This document shows positions 26,491 to 38,949 of a DNA stretch of 64,000 nt, piece by piece. Made by a program: the position numbers and the translations under genes. Positions within the stretch are counted from its first letter, which is position 1. Each line of letters starts with the position of its first letter. The notes under the pieces were generated by a model, which searched no databases, was not told the origin of the DNA, and saw only the letters and a program-made list of their open reading frames with translations. The stretch comes from Octopus bimaculoides (taxonomy: Eukaryota): positions 59,781,172 to 59,845,171 of the forward strand of contig NC_068981.1 of NCBI RefSeq assembly GCF_001194135.2, read 5' to 3'.

Positions 26491-27711
26491 ATGCTTCATT
26501 GAGTAATGTAGTTCTAAAAAACGAGAAATCATCCTCATGAATACAACACTATTGATCATTTTCTGTTATATCAATGCAATTTGCGGTTAAGCAACTGCAA
26601 GTTGATCGTCATATCTTACCCGCATAGAAATATCTGCTCTTTCAATTTTCAAGCAGGATTCGTTAATAAAATGTCTGCCGCTTAGTAATATTTGCCCCTT
26701 GGAGGACGTACTATGGCTGATGATGTGATAGTACACAGTGACACTGATACATCTTCATTCATTATGCAAAGTAAGCAGGTATTGGCATCTTTTGTCAGGC
26801 ATGCTTTTAATTTAGTTTACATTTTAATTCATCAATATTTTCCACGGATTTCCCTATCATACCTTTTAAATAATTCATTTGCTTGTTTCGACACCAGATT
26901 ATGTTCTCATTGGAATGCCAGGACTTGTGTTTCTTCATCTGTTTTTTAATTACTATGGGATCTTGTGCTGTAACGTGCGTTGTGCTGTGGTTGTCTTACG
27001 TTTTGAGCTTTCGTCGTGTTCCTTTGCAAAAGAGATTAAATTGTATTATTATTATTACCTCTTAAGAATTTCTCTTTTTACATTTTCATTTACAGCTACG
27101 ATTATTTGAATTTTCTATTTAATACTGTTTTTCGTTAAATAATTTATGCTAATCATTCGTGATTGGGAACATGGATTATTTCGTTGACAGATTTGCTAAT
27201 CTAGTCCATGATTTTTCGTAAGCGGTTTCTTTAGTTTGTCAATCAATACAGATTTCTAATTCATGCGCGCACATCACTTGTCCATTTATGTCTCTCAGTT
27301 TTTATGCTTGCAATTAATTTTTTTTATCTCTAGCTCCTTGAATCTCAAAGTTAAATAGCATCTGTGCTTATTCCATGAATCCATAGATGTTAGTAACTGC
27401 TTCACATTAAAAACGGCTACAGAAATATGTTTAGGTAGTTTACAGTTTGTAATTGAGTGTTCACTTCCCTTTATTGATAATACCTGTCAGGGACTGGAAC
27501 CAATTCCTAGTGTTAAAAGTCACCATTATTGGTATTGTAATTTGTTGGTAGAATTATTTACGGTTCTTTACTTTTAGAGCCAATATCCCGCCGATGTTAA
27601 CTTTGCCTTTCATCCATTCAGGTCGATAAAATAATTACAGTTGAGAAGCAGTAGGTCAATGTAATTTACTCACACCTTCACTAAATTTGGTGACCTTCCA
27701 AAATTATTTTC

Positions 27712-29145
27712 ATTCTTATTATTATTTGAGTAAAAAAGTCTCTCAGCTTATTTTGCTGGGTATGATGGAAAGTATCAGATGTCCACAGCTAGTAGACTAA
27801 GGTAACGCTTGTTTACTGGTCATGCTTCAAGAACCCTGCGAAGAACTCTTGCAGTTTCAAGTAATGATGGTTTTTGTAGGTGTTTTGTCTTTACATTTGC
27901 GCCAATCTTTTTGAGCGACGCTGCTCGTTCAGTGCTGATTTTTCCAAGCGCGACATTTACTACAATCACATCACTTCATTGCTCACAACCTGCGTATTTT
28001 CCACTTCAAATCGTCACAGACGTTTAGTTCTTCTTCTTTTTCTCTCTTTGATCTCGCTGTCACCGGGATATGTTATGTCGATTACCAAGCAATATTTTTT
28101 TGCTCACGACCTGAGGGTCACATTGAATCATTGCATCCCACAGGATTTTGTAGTCTTCATTCTCGGTAATCCCTGAGATCTACGTCTTTGTTCTTTTTAG
28201 GTCGTAATATCCATAGAGCTCCGAAAGGATCCTTCGTGCTACATTGTCATGTCATCTTTTATAATCTCGTTGTGTCAATTTCGGGCATTCGTTAACGATG
28301 TGCCATCCTGTTTTACACCTCTCAACACAAATTCTGAATTTGTAGCTCTCAGTTATGTTGTCAATTCTGCACTTCGCATAGTTCGTCTATAATGCTTGTT
28401 CTTGTGCTGCACTTATAAGTCATTCTGTTTTTATCTTCAGGTCACTCCTCTGTATCCATAACCACCAGTCTTAGGTATCTGTCCTGGCGTTCGTATCTCT
28501 TGCAAACTGATCATACATGTTTTTGCCTTCTGTGCTATTTCTTTTTTCTTTCTTTTCTTTGAGTTTTTGTTCTTTAGGTTCTTTCTTTACACAATTAACA
28601 ATTTTGATGATACCGGTCTCCTACACGTTTCAGGAATGGTTTTACATATCACGCTAAGTTGTTTTCTTCTGCTTCTACACAATCCTAGCAACTGATCAAA
28701 CTTCTCCCACCCTTTCTTCTGGACAAGTACAACCTATCAGTGAATTTCTTAGAATGGAATACTCTGAGGACTGTCAATATCCAAGCTCATCAGTTGTCTT
28801 CCTATCCATGCTCTCCAGTTCTTTCTTTTGCCATGATTCCGCCTCCATATGATTCCAGCTCCATACTGATGTGATGCCTTCACCCAAGTATTTACTACTT
28901 CGATTTCCATCTCAATATCAGCACTAAAACAGTGGGCCGTGTTTACGAAAAAATTCACTTGTGCCTCATCCTTGCCATACAGCATCAAATAATCCATGAA
29001 GGGAAATTGTTTGATTCTTTGAGGTTTTACCTTGAACTTTATCTCAGGTTCATTTTCCTCAGCACCAAAGTGAGACGAATTATACAAAGAACAAAAGGCA
29101 ATGGAGATAAGTTACCTCTTTGGAAAATCCTTCCCCCGATGCCCT
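27712..29145 (-). mobile_element. R4/Dong-clade LINE: decayed RT end + CCHC + restriction-like endonuclease + (TAA)-like tail
   Basis: IFQRGNLSPLPFVLC, FMDYLMLYGKDEAQVN (FMDDLKLY-like), HIVNECPKLTQRDYKR*HDNVAR, KILWDAMIQCD, IDITYPGD and KHLQKPSLLETARVLRRVL*. The AATAATAATAAG tail lies at ~27715-27730. Confidence 0.85.
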
Positions 29146-29936
29146 GAAATGTGAATAACAACGGAATAAAACAAGTTTCGCGTAAACCAGACCAGTAGTT
29201 ATTGAGATATTCGGGGATTTGGGGTATAAATACCCAAAAACGGTGCATAATGGGAAATACTCCGAAAATAACTTAACCTCAAAGTGAAGAAACCCTAACC
29301 TTTCCATTAGATACATTATAATAGGCAAAATATTTTAAAGTGAAAATGACTTTAAAAATACAGTAAATATTTCGTAAAAGACCCGTTCGTATCCTCGGTG
29401 TGAAATATATATTTTTTTCCATAGGTTTCTTTCGAGAGCATTCAACGTATCTCACCTCCAAAGATTTGGCTGCTATTTCTAGCAGGCTCTGCTACCACGT
29501 AACAGCTATTAGCAATAAAAGATCCGAAATATCTGTTACGTCGTAGCAAGGCATGCACAAAATAACAGCCAAATCTTTCCTTTTCTGGGGAAAGGAGCCG
29601 TTTACGCGTGGTTTCGATGTCATTCGTTGAAGGCATGCGAAATAACATGGAAAAGGAAAAAACCACAAAACAAAACTGAGAAACTCTGGCTTCCCCGGGT
29701 GACCCAACGGGTCACGGATAGTCCAGGGAATAAATTAATTTATCAATAAGTCTATGCCTTGCTTCCGTTGACTTTGTGTGTTTGTGTATTTCTCTCACTC
29801 ACCCTGTATGTGTGTATGTGTAAATATGTGTGTGTGAACATATGTATATACATGTGTTTGCGCGCGCGCGTACTCAGTTGTATTTGGTTCCATTTATCAA
29901 TATCACTATCTCATACTTCCTCTGTCTTTGTGTCTC

Positions 29937-29977
<41 letters not shown>

Positions 29978-29982
29978 TGCTC

Positions 29983-30036
<54 letters not shown>

Positions 30037-30037
<1 letters not shown>

Positions 30038-30558
30038 TAGGCCACCTTTAGTCATGGCTGACCATGTGTATCACGTCCGTCCATTTATTGTCTATGTTGG
30101 GCCGCTCGTCTTGAGCAGCGTCTCCTGTGGCTTTGGAGATTAATGCGAAAATGACAGTCTCGGTCGCATAGATCCCATCTGTGTGTGGATTCTGGTCTGT
30201 CAGCTGTCGATCCCTTACGTCGGTCTCGCTTTTCTGTAGCTGCAGCTGACAGCTCCTCTTCACCGATCCGTAGCTGTTTGAGAAGTGCGCTTTTCCAACT
30301 GGTGCGGTCCGCTGCCAGGTCCTCCCAGGAGTTGATGTCTATGTTGAGCACCTTCATGTTCTCCCTGCACACGTCATTGTACCTCAGCTGTGGGCAGCCC
30401 TTGTTCCTCTGCCCTGCTGCGAGTTCTCCGTAGAAAATGTCTTTTGGGATTCGGCCATCCTTCATACGGCTAACCAGCGTAATCGACGTTGCCTCAGCAA
30501 GGTGTACATGGAAGGGAGGCCAGCACGAGTCAGGACGTCGGTGTTGGTCACCTTGACC
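30037..30558 (-). mobile_element. 5'-truncated RTE (BovB-like) LINE 3' end
   Basis: KVTNTDVLTRAGLPSMYTLLRQRRLRWL, RMKDGRIPKDIFYGEL, SWEDLAADRTSW and a C-terminal C2H2-like (W)DLCDRDCHFRINLQSHRRRC. The short 3' UTR abuts a (TA)n tract. Confidence 0.9.
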
Positions 30559-30575
30559 ACCTTATGTTAATAATA

Positions 30576-30880
30576 TAGGGTAAAATTAGTAATAATTTTA
30601 CCGAGTAGACAGTACGTAGATAAAAAAAACCTTTCAGGTAAATTTTACAAATTATTCCATAATTATATCCATAATTATTTCAACGGGTCAGCTATATGCC
30701 TCCCCACATACTGAATTAGAAATAGACACTAACGTCTTTTTTACTACTATACGCAGCGAAGCACATAGGTGACCCCCTGTTATAATTATGTATATAATTA
30801 TAGAATTTGTAAACTTTACCTAAAAGGTTTCTTTATTTATGTACTGGCTATCTGGTAAAATTATTACTAATTTTACCCTA
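30576..30880. mobile_element. Foldback/MITE-like non-autonomous element with ~135-bp inverted arms
   Basis: The first 27 nt, TAGGGTAAAATTAGTAATAATTTTACC, are perfectly inverted at 30854-30880. The arms continue imperfectly inward, leaving a ~40-bp loop. No coding capacity; TSD ambiguous. Confidence 0.82.
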
Positions 30881-31217
30881 TTATTAAAATTAATGTTTGA
30901 ATAAATTCACTTCATGATCGAAACTGCTTTTTTTTCTGCGGTATAGGTCATAAGACATACTGTGGCTATAAAAGACGGATATGAATTGTACTCGGCTGCA
31001 TATTTTTACGAGTGCAGACAGATATCAGTCATGTGATGTCGCTTGATCGCATGCATATTTAAAAACTCGTGAATTTATCTGAAATATTACGCTGAAGTGA
31101 ACAATAGTTAATTATGTTTTATTTTAAGTTCGAAACACGTCCGTAATTAACTACAGCCTTGCTAATTCATCATTTTTGTTTTGCCTACATTAAAAGTGTG
31201 TTATTTTCTCGGAGATT

Positions 31218-31308
31218 TTATGGTAGAAAAAAGACATTAGCTATTTCTAATTCAGTACGTGGCGAGGCACATAGTTGACTCCTTGTTATAATTATGTATA
31301 TATATATA
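31218..31308. repeat. Second partial copy of the foldback element running into a gap
   Basis: AAAAAAGACATTAG-CTATTTCTAATTCAGTACGTGGCGAGGCACATAGTTGAC...TTATAATTATGTATATA matches the loop (reverse complement) and arm of 30576-30880. Confidence 0.68.
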
Positions 31309-31458
31309 NNNNNNNNNNNNNNNNNNNNNNNNNNNNNNNNNNNNNNNNNNNNNNNNNNNNNNNNNNNNNNNNNNNNNNNNNNNNNNNNNNNNNNNNNNNN
31401 NNNNNNNNNNNNNNNNNNNNNNNNNNNNNNNNNNNNNNNNNNNNNNNNNNNNNNNNNN

Positions 31459-31496
<38 letters not shown>

Positions 31497-33424
31497 TGTG
31501 TGTGTGTGTGGGGTGTTGTTAGACAGCGCTCCGTGTTACTCGAAAACAGGTTTGTAATGAAGCGTAAAATTTCTAGCAATTTTTTCTGTGATTCAGTAAA
31601 TATTTAATGTTGCAGAATGGTAATCAAATTTTAAAACTACACAATTTGTAAAGTTTGCAAAAATAAATGTCAAGTGGTACTTAGTTTCTTGTTAGACCCA
31701 TAAACATGAAGAGTTACTGATCTGAAAGAGAGAAAATAGAATGATATGGAGTAGGAAGTCATTAATGCAGATCCTGAAGATTGTATATCATTTATAATTT
31801 CTTGCACTACGTAACTAGCATTAGTAAACAATGTTGTTATTCTTTCTCCGTTTCTCAGCTATTTTTTACCAGTACTCCTTTAACTGTTCGTATTAATAAG
31901 GTAGTATTTAGATTATGTATATACCCCCGAAATTATCGTAACAATCATCATATTTTGAACAGATTATTCAGTGGCCAAAGCTTTCAAATTGAAACAACAC
32001 GTCATCTTACTTATTTAACATTTTTCTCGTAATTATTGTTACTCACTTCACTAAAGTTATAGGTTTAGGCAGTCCAAGTACAACATTAAATTAAATAATC
32101 ATATTAATATGATTTTACCGGCATATTTCGTAATAATGTAATTACGACATCTACCTTTCAAATCAATAACATAGTAATATTATACAGACGTCCCACTCAG
32201 TAGACTATCTTCGTCATAGAATATTAAGTCATAATCATGTAAGTGGTTTACCTCATATTAGCTATTGTTGGACGTAACCAAGATCAAAGGCATCGTATCT
32301 AAGCCGTCCAGTCTTTTCGGACATAGTTTCTCTGAAATGTATTATCCAATATGTAATTAGTTTTTTAAAGATGACAATGCATCTGTTGAGTAATGTAGTA
32401 CTATTTCTAGCAATTCGAAAAACCACGTAGTACGTCCATCATTGGTTCATAAAAATATATGAAATAAGAAGGTGCAAACGGTTTATACCATCTTAAGTTC
32501 TTAAAATTCACTGTAAGAATTTTCTTTTTAAAGTGTCTGTACTTTTATCTTTTTCCTTGGTATCAATCTGTTTCGATTGACAAAAGTGTGTTGCATTACT
32601 GGTCCATAGAAAACCGTGACACTGAAGTGATCTCACGAAGGCGTAATCAAAGTTCTCCTCTCTGCCTTACTGGAATTGAAACAAAAAAGGGCAGAATGAT
32701 GCATTTGACACCAATTTGGCAGCAGGGTTTATCGCAAAAGTGTCAAGTATGACACAAGATTTATGATGAGACTTACCCACTAACCTTTTTCTTATTTACC
32801 CGTAATAGTGCATTCATAATCTTGGACATGGGCCTATAACAAACACTGTCCAGGACATCTGCCAGACAGGTCATCGCACGCTGAAATATTGGCCGAGGAC
32901 ATTCCTCACTTTCGCAGCAAAGTATACACAACCTCAGTTTATAATGTGTTCATCGAAGGTTCCGGCTTTGTCTAGAATTTGATAGAATTAACATATTTTC
33001 ATCATAGGCATACTCAAATTTGTTCCTGCTATTTTCTTCTTCCATATTGTAATGATGTTAACCACAAACTGCTTTATGCTTCTCGCTCAATCACTATAAG
33101 CTTATTTGGTATTCAAGATGTGCAACAGTAGAACTAGATTTTCACGACAATGGAGTTTTTACTAGTATATTGTCTGCCAATCTTTCATTCAGGTGGTAAC
33201 GTTAAGTGTTAGAAAATCATAAAGAGGAAAATGCGCCCTTGACAAAAATGCCCTTTACTATAGCATTTATTCTGTCTATTGTATATATTCATAGTGGTAT
33301 TAGTAGTAATGGGAGTAGTTGTAGTAATAGTAGAAGTAGCAGGGAAATAAATGATTCTGTTCCACCATTCATAGATTTCCGAATGTTTTAATGTATTCAT
33401 TCGTAGAAACAAGATATTCTTTTG

Positions 33425-33632
33425 TTTTTCTACTCTAGGCCCATGGCCCGAAATTTTTGAGGACGTGGTCAGTCGATTAGATCGACCACCAGTACGCAGC
33501 TGGTACTTAATTTATCGACTCCGAAAGGATGAAAGGCAAAGTCGACCTCGGTGGAATTTGAACTCAGAACGTAAAGACAGACGAAATACCGCTAAGCTTT
33601 TCGCCCGGCGTGCTAACGTTTCCACCAGCTCG
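33425..33632 (-). mobile_element. tRNA-derived SINE, family B (Meta-domain-like central region by recall)
   Basis: Reverse complement reads GAGCTGGTGGAAACGTTAGCACG (A box) ... GAGTTCAAATTCC (B box) ... GGTCGACTTTGCCTTTCATCCTTTCGGAGTCGATAAATTAAGTACCAG. It is homologous to 34713-34900. Confidence 0.85.
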
Positions 33633-34712
33633 ATGCTTTAGTAGATACAAGATATTGTCATAACAATGAAATAGTAGTGATACTTTGGCTTACCTTTAAA
33701 GGAAAACGACATATGCCACGTGCAAACAATACGAACATACATCCATACATTTAATTTAACAATATAATTTGTATGCCGTCAACAACAGGCCTACGTTTTG
33801 ACTACAGGAATTGCTGGCAGCATTACCTCAGTTAATATGCTGATGAAGAATGACATTGCTCACTTTCTTGAGGAGACAAGTTATACTTCTATGAAAAGTA
33901 TTTCATTTTCAAAGAAAATTATATGTCGAAAACATTTCGCAGGAGAAATCCTCTCCATCCATATTCTCGATTGAATATTCCGTACTACCACTGTAATAGA
34001 CACTATTATAAGAAAAATGGAATGACTCAAACAATGAACTGGTATAGGTGCAGTATATAAAAATGAAAAAGAATCTTTTGCTTCTCTACACTAGTTCTTA
34101 TTCCTTCCTAGAAATCTTCCTGTATTGTTCTTGTTATTCCATAGACTGCCCTGGCGTGTTACAAGTCGGATAGTTCAATTACTGTTAGGGAATTTTCAAC
34201 ATCAGCTTAAGAAATGTCCACTTCCCTTTGCATCTTAACATTAAAAGAGTTATTAAGGCAAATAGCAGTTATGCATCTTACATATTAACTACGGTATTGC
34301 AGCTATAAGCTACCACACTTCATGGTGACACGTCATACATTAAACAACAAACTCACCGTTGAAAGAAACTGTTGGTTCAGCTATTTCTAAATATGAACCA
34401 TGTGTAGAAGTAGTTTTACCGAAAACAGTAACTTGCTTCTCGTGCTGCTATGAAAAGGAAGGAATACAATTCAAATATACTTTACATAATGCATTCTCTC
34501 CACATGAATCTTTGAACAAAAATTTGTACAATGATATTTGTATATATGCGTTTTTATGAACTTTGCTGCGTAGTTTGTTCTTTCATTCTAACACAGTAAC
34601 TAATGATTTATATAACCTCAACTACCGGATTATATACCATGATCTGTTGTGCGTATTATCTGAACTGCCGCTATATATTCTTTTGAACTACTGTTTTCGT
34701 ATCACTATCTGT

Positions 34713-34900
34713 GAACGTTAGCACGCAGGGTGAAATGATTAGCGGTATTTCGACTGTCATTACGTTCTGAGTTGAAATTCCACCGAGGTCTACTTTACCT
34801 ATCATCCTTTCGGGATCGATAAATTAAGTACCAGTTGCATACTGGGGTAGACCTAATTGACTGGCCCCTCCCCAAATATTTCGGCCTAGAGTAGAAAAGA
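34713..34900 (+). mobile_element. tRNA-derived SINE, family B
   Basis: AACGTTAGCACG...GAGTTGAAATTCC...CATCCTTTCGGGATCGATAAATTAAGTACCAG...GGCCTAGAGTAGAAAAGA. Inverted homolog of 33425-33632. Confidence 0.85.
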
Positions 34901-35774
34901 CTTTTCCCCTTCTTCTCATGATACCTTGATATTGTATAGACTGAGTTACTCCTTGACATACCGCCGCTAGTATGATGAATCCTAGATTTTTTCAGGTTGA
35001 GGTTTCTAACTTGAACATGAAAAAATTATGTTAAGTTAGTATAGCAATTAGTACAGTAATATGGTTTACAGCAGATACGAGTTTCGAATCGTTTAGGCAA
35101 TGTTACGAAGTTTTTTTTTGTTTTGTTTATTATATTAGATACATTTTATACTATATCTTCTTACTGTGTAGGCTCAATTATTATTGGACTTGTTGGTTTA
35201 AGGGATCCTTCCTTGACAGGTAGGTCTGTTGTAAGATGTATAACACTGCTACTCGGCTTTGTTCAGATATAAGATTTGATTTCTGTAGGGAACCTTGTAA
35301 CTTTTCTCTTCTTCTGTATTAGAAAGACACTGGCTTAGAAACATCAGTTCAAAATAATACCAAAGACATGTAGTACATTTTTGAAATAAAATCATACATA
35401 TACGTAAATATATTTTGTATGTATTTGCTATCTTTTCTATTCTGTTAATACACTAATTATTTCGCTCAGTGTTTAGGCGTTGGCTTAATTTAAAAATCCG
35501 AATGTTACGGATATATACTCTGAATTCTGAAAAAAATTCTTCTATATTCATTCATCTATTATAGTTACATATATTTCAAGGATGTCAGTTATGAATAGAT
35601 ATTCTTTAAAAAAACTCATTGAGTCAGTTGGGTATGTACATGGCAGGATTAAACAGTCACATATAGAACCTGAAACATAACAAGGTCATTTAATAAAAAA
35701 GTATAAACCGTTACAAATTAGAATAAACATAAAACAATATTTTATGGTGTGTCTATTTATTTCTGTCATGTGCG

Positions 35775-35778
<4 letters not shown>

Positions 35779-35855
<77 letters not shown>

Positions 35856-35865
35856 TAATAATAAT
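35779..35865. repeat. (TAA)n microsatellite
   Basis: Direct reading. Confidence 0.97.
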
Positions 35866-35867
35866 GC

Positions 35868-36157
35868 ATGGGTGGAATCTATAAGCATTTTAATCTAACG
35901 CTACGCGCGTTTCCACAAGTCACATAATTCTTACGATCATAGTCCGTATACCTAAGGTGATTACAATATAGTCCATAGTATCCATGGACATCGGGTGGGT
36001 CATACTCCATGTGTTCGTTTCCTCAGGCAATATTGCATTAACGTTGGCAGCAACGCATGTAAAACTGAAGGTTGTTTATCAATTTTCAACAATGAAATGG
36101 TTGAAGGTTGTATGTGACCAGTTCTATAGGTGAGAATCAGTTGGTGATAGAAAGAGA

Positions 36158-36237
<80 letters not shown>

Positions 36238-36253
36238 NNNNNNNNNNAGAGAG

Positions 36254-36292
<39 letters not shown>

Positions 36293-36437
36293 AAGAAATG
36301 GTAATGATAACAGAGAGGGAGATATGTGTGGTGCTATTATCAAAACAAGTCTAACATCATCACTATGGTCGTAAGTAACATGCGATTTGTGGAAACGTAC
36401 GTAGCGATGCATTAAAGTGTTCATAAACTCCGCCCAT
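35868..36437. repeat. ~76-bp inverted repeat pair (35868-35943 / 36362-36437), possible decayed MITE
   Basis: ATGGGTGGAATCTATAAGCATTTTAAT...CGCTACG..CGTTTCCACAA...CTTACGATCATAGT vs the reverse complement ATGGGCGGAGTTTATGAACACTTTAAT...CGCTACG..CGTTTCCACAA...CTTACGACCATAGT. About three quarters identical by eye. Confidence 0.68.
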
Positions 36438-37074
36438 TGTCTAGTATGTATCCTATATGACATCGGCACCGCACGGTACAACCCTATAAAACTGCTATTG
36501 ACAGTTGGTATCATTAGGCTGCAGCCGACATAATAGAATAGAAACTTTCATATGCCTATTCAAAAACGTTTCCAGTAAACGAACTGAAGGGATATATATA
36601 TATATATANNNNNNNNNNNNNNNNNNNNNNNNNNNNNNNNNNNNNNNNNNNNNNNNNNNNNNNNNNNNNNNNNNNNNNNNNNNNNNNNNNNNNNNNNNNN
36701 NNNNNNNNNNNNNNNNNNNNNNNNNNNNNNNNNNNNNNNNNNNNNNNNNNNNNNNNNNNNNNNNNNNNNNNNNNNNNNNNNNNNNNNNNNNNNNNNNNNN
36801 NNNNNNNNNNNNNNNNNNNNNNNNNNNNNNNNNNNNNNNNNNNNNNNNNNNNNNNNNNNNNNNNNNNNNNNNNNNNNNNNNNNNNNNNNNNNNNNNNNNN
36901 NNNNNNNNNNNNNNNNNNNNNNNNNNNNNNNNNNNNNNNNNNNNNNNNNNNNNNNNNNNNNNNNNNNNNNNNNNNNNNNNNNNNNNNNNNNNNNNNNNNN
37001 NNNNNNNNNNNNNNNNNNNNNNNNNNNNNNNNNNNNNNNTAATTGATATCTGATTTTTTACCCTAAGTTTTAAT

Positions 37075-37107
<33 letters not shown>

Positions 37108-37175
37108 GTGTGTGTATGTATATATGTATATATGTAGGGGGTTTATGCATGTGTATATGTATGTAATGATATCTA

Positions 37176-37760
37176 TACTTGGTATTTGGGCTAAATTTGA
37201 CATTTTGCATTAAAATAAAATGAAAACATTCTCTCATCCAAAACTAAAAATATTTCAAAAATCAAAATATATCAACAAAATTATGGCTGAGAGAAAATAG
37301 TTTACTCAAAGTAGCCGACCCTCTGCTGCTACAACGTCCTCAAGGCAGCTTCGAAACCTGGCGCTTGCGTTCATTACTGTATCCCTTAGAAAATCTTCGA
37401 ATACCTCCTTCATCTTGGCAATCAGCTCATCCTTGGTATCGCAAGTAGAGCAGTAGTCTCTCTCTCAACTGTACCCCACACATAGTAGTCAAAAGGGTTA
37501 CAACCAGGGGAATCAGGTGGCCAGAAATTGTGATTGGTGCAGGCGTAGAGTCTTTGACAACCACTTGTGACTATTCTCAGAAGTATGATAAGGAGACGAA
37601 TACTGTAACAACACATGTAGACTTCCATCAGCAACCCAGCCCAGCCAGAATTTGACTTGACCTCAGTCATCAGCAGATTCACATAGACGTATGAATTAAG
37701 CATAGGACCCTGTTTAATGTTCTGGGGATAATTTACAGCCTGTGGACATAGTCAGGACGA
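37176..37760 (-). mobile_element. maT (DD37D) Tc1/mariner-superfamily transposon, 3' fragment with one terminus
   Basis: LQYSSPYHTS (decayed QQDSAPxHTS) ... FWPPDSPGCNPFDYYVWGTVERET, with 37 residues between the second and third catalytic positions across one frameshift. C-terminus ARFRSCLEDVVAAEG; TA-flanked terminus near 37176. Confidence 0.75.
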
Positions 37761-38949
37761 CTGCCATTTCCCTTATTGTTGGCCGCAGCCCTTTATGTCA
37801 CCTAGCCTTATCTCAACAAAAAAAATTAATCTTCATGCTCTCCAACGCTGTTGACTGTCCCCCAAACACATAGAGCTGTTCCTAAAAGGGATAAACATGA
37901 AACACCGTTAAATATAATCTGAACACGCTATATGTACATATGTATACACAGACACGCGCGCGCACACACACTTGCATATATAATAATATACGTTACTATA
38001 GTGTGGACTGTGTTGCCTGTTGACAGGTCATTTAATTGTCGATTACAGCTTGGAAGGTTAAAGTGTGTAATTTTAATCGCTGAAGGCTTTATGTTGCCTT
38101 GGTTTACTGCTTAGCACGGCAATACGATTGACAGTAGATGTGAAGTTCGATTCTCGCAGTTCATATTAAAAGTTTAAAGCACTCACGCTCACACAAGCAT
38201 TTATTCGTTTGAATCTTACGCCGATGTATATTGGTGAAAGATATAAATATCGACAGGTTTTTGTTATACTCATTTGTCACATTCACTGTCATAAATGCCG
38301 CAAACCAGTGATTAGTCCGCTAGAAATTCGGTATCGTCAATGCGATATCATACAAACAAATAAAATATCGTAATGTGTATTTATGTATGGAGGACCGTAT
38401 ATTTGTTGCGCTTTTATTTGTTTCAAATATTCAAGGAAATTTCGAAACCGATCGTTCTGTGACATGTAATTAAAATAACACTCACTCTGAAAATGAATTT
38501 ATGCACATCACACCATACAATGTATATCTGATAGCAGGCTGACTTTTACTATGCTAAATAGACATAAATCTACGCTTCGGAGCATTATGAAACATGAACT
38601 GTACTTTTCGTGTCGATTTCAAATTCTCTTTAGAATCTATAAATAGCATTTTTCAATACGAAGAATGCAGTAAATATTGATAAATTAACTTTAAGTTTCA
38701 TAGTGATGTCGATTACAACTAAATATGCTTGACGTATAAATTGGATTAACTTGTAGCAACGTTAGAAATTATTGTTGAATCATTTTGAAAAGTGCAATCA
38801 CTTATAAGACTCAGAATACTATGTACAACAAGGTTAAAGGGCACACCTAAAATTTACCTCTGACTCCCTCAAACCTAGAATTGATTCTTATTGAAAATTC
38901 TGTACGGTCCATGGCTGGCAAGAATTTTGAATATCATAGTCTACGAGCT

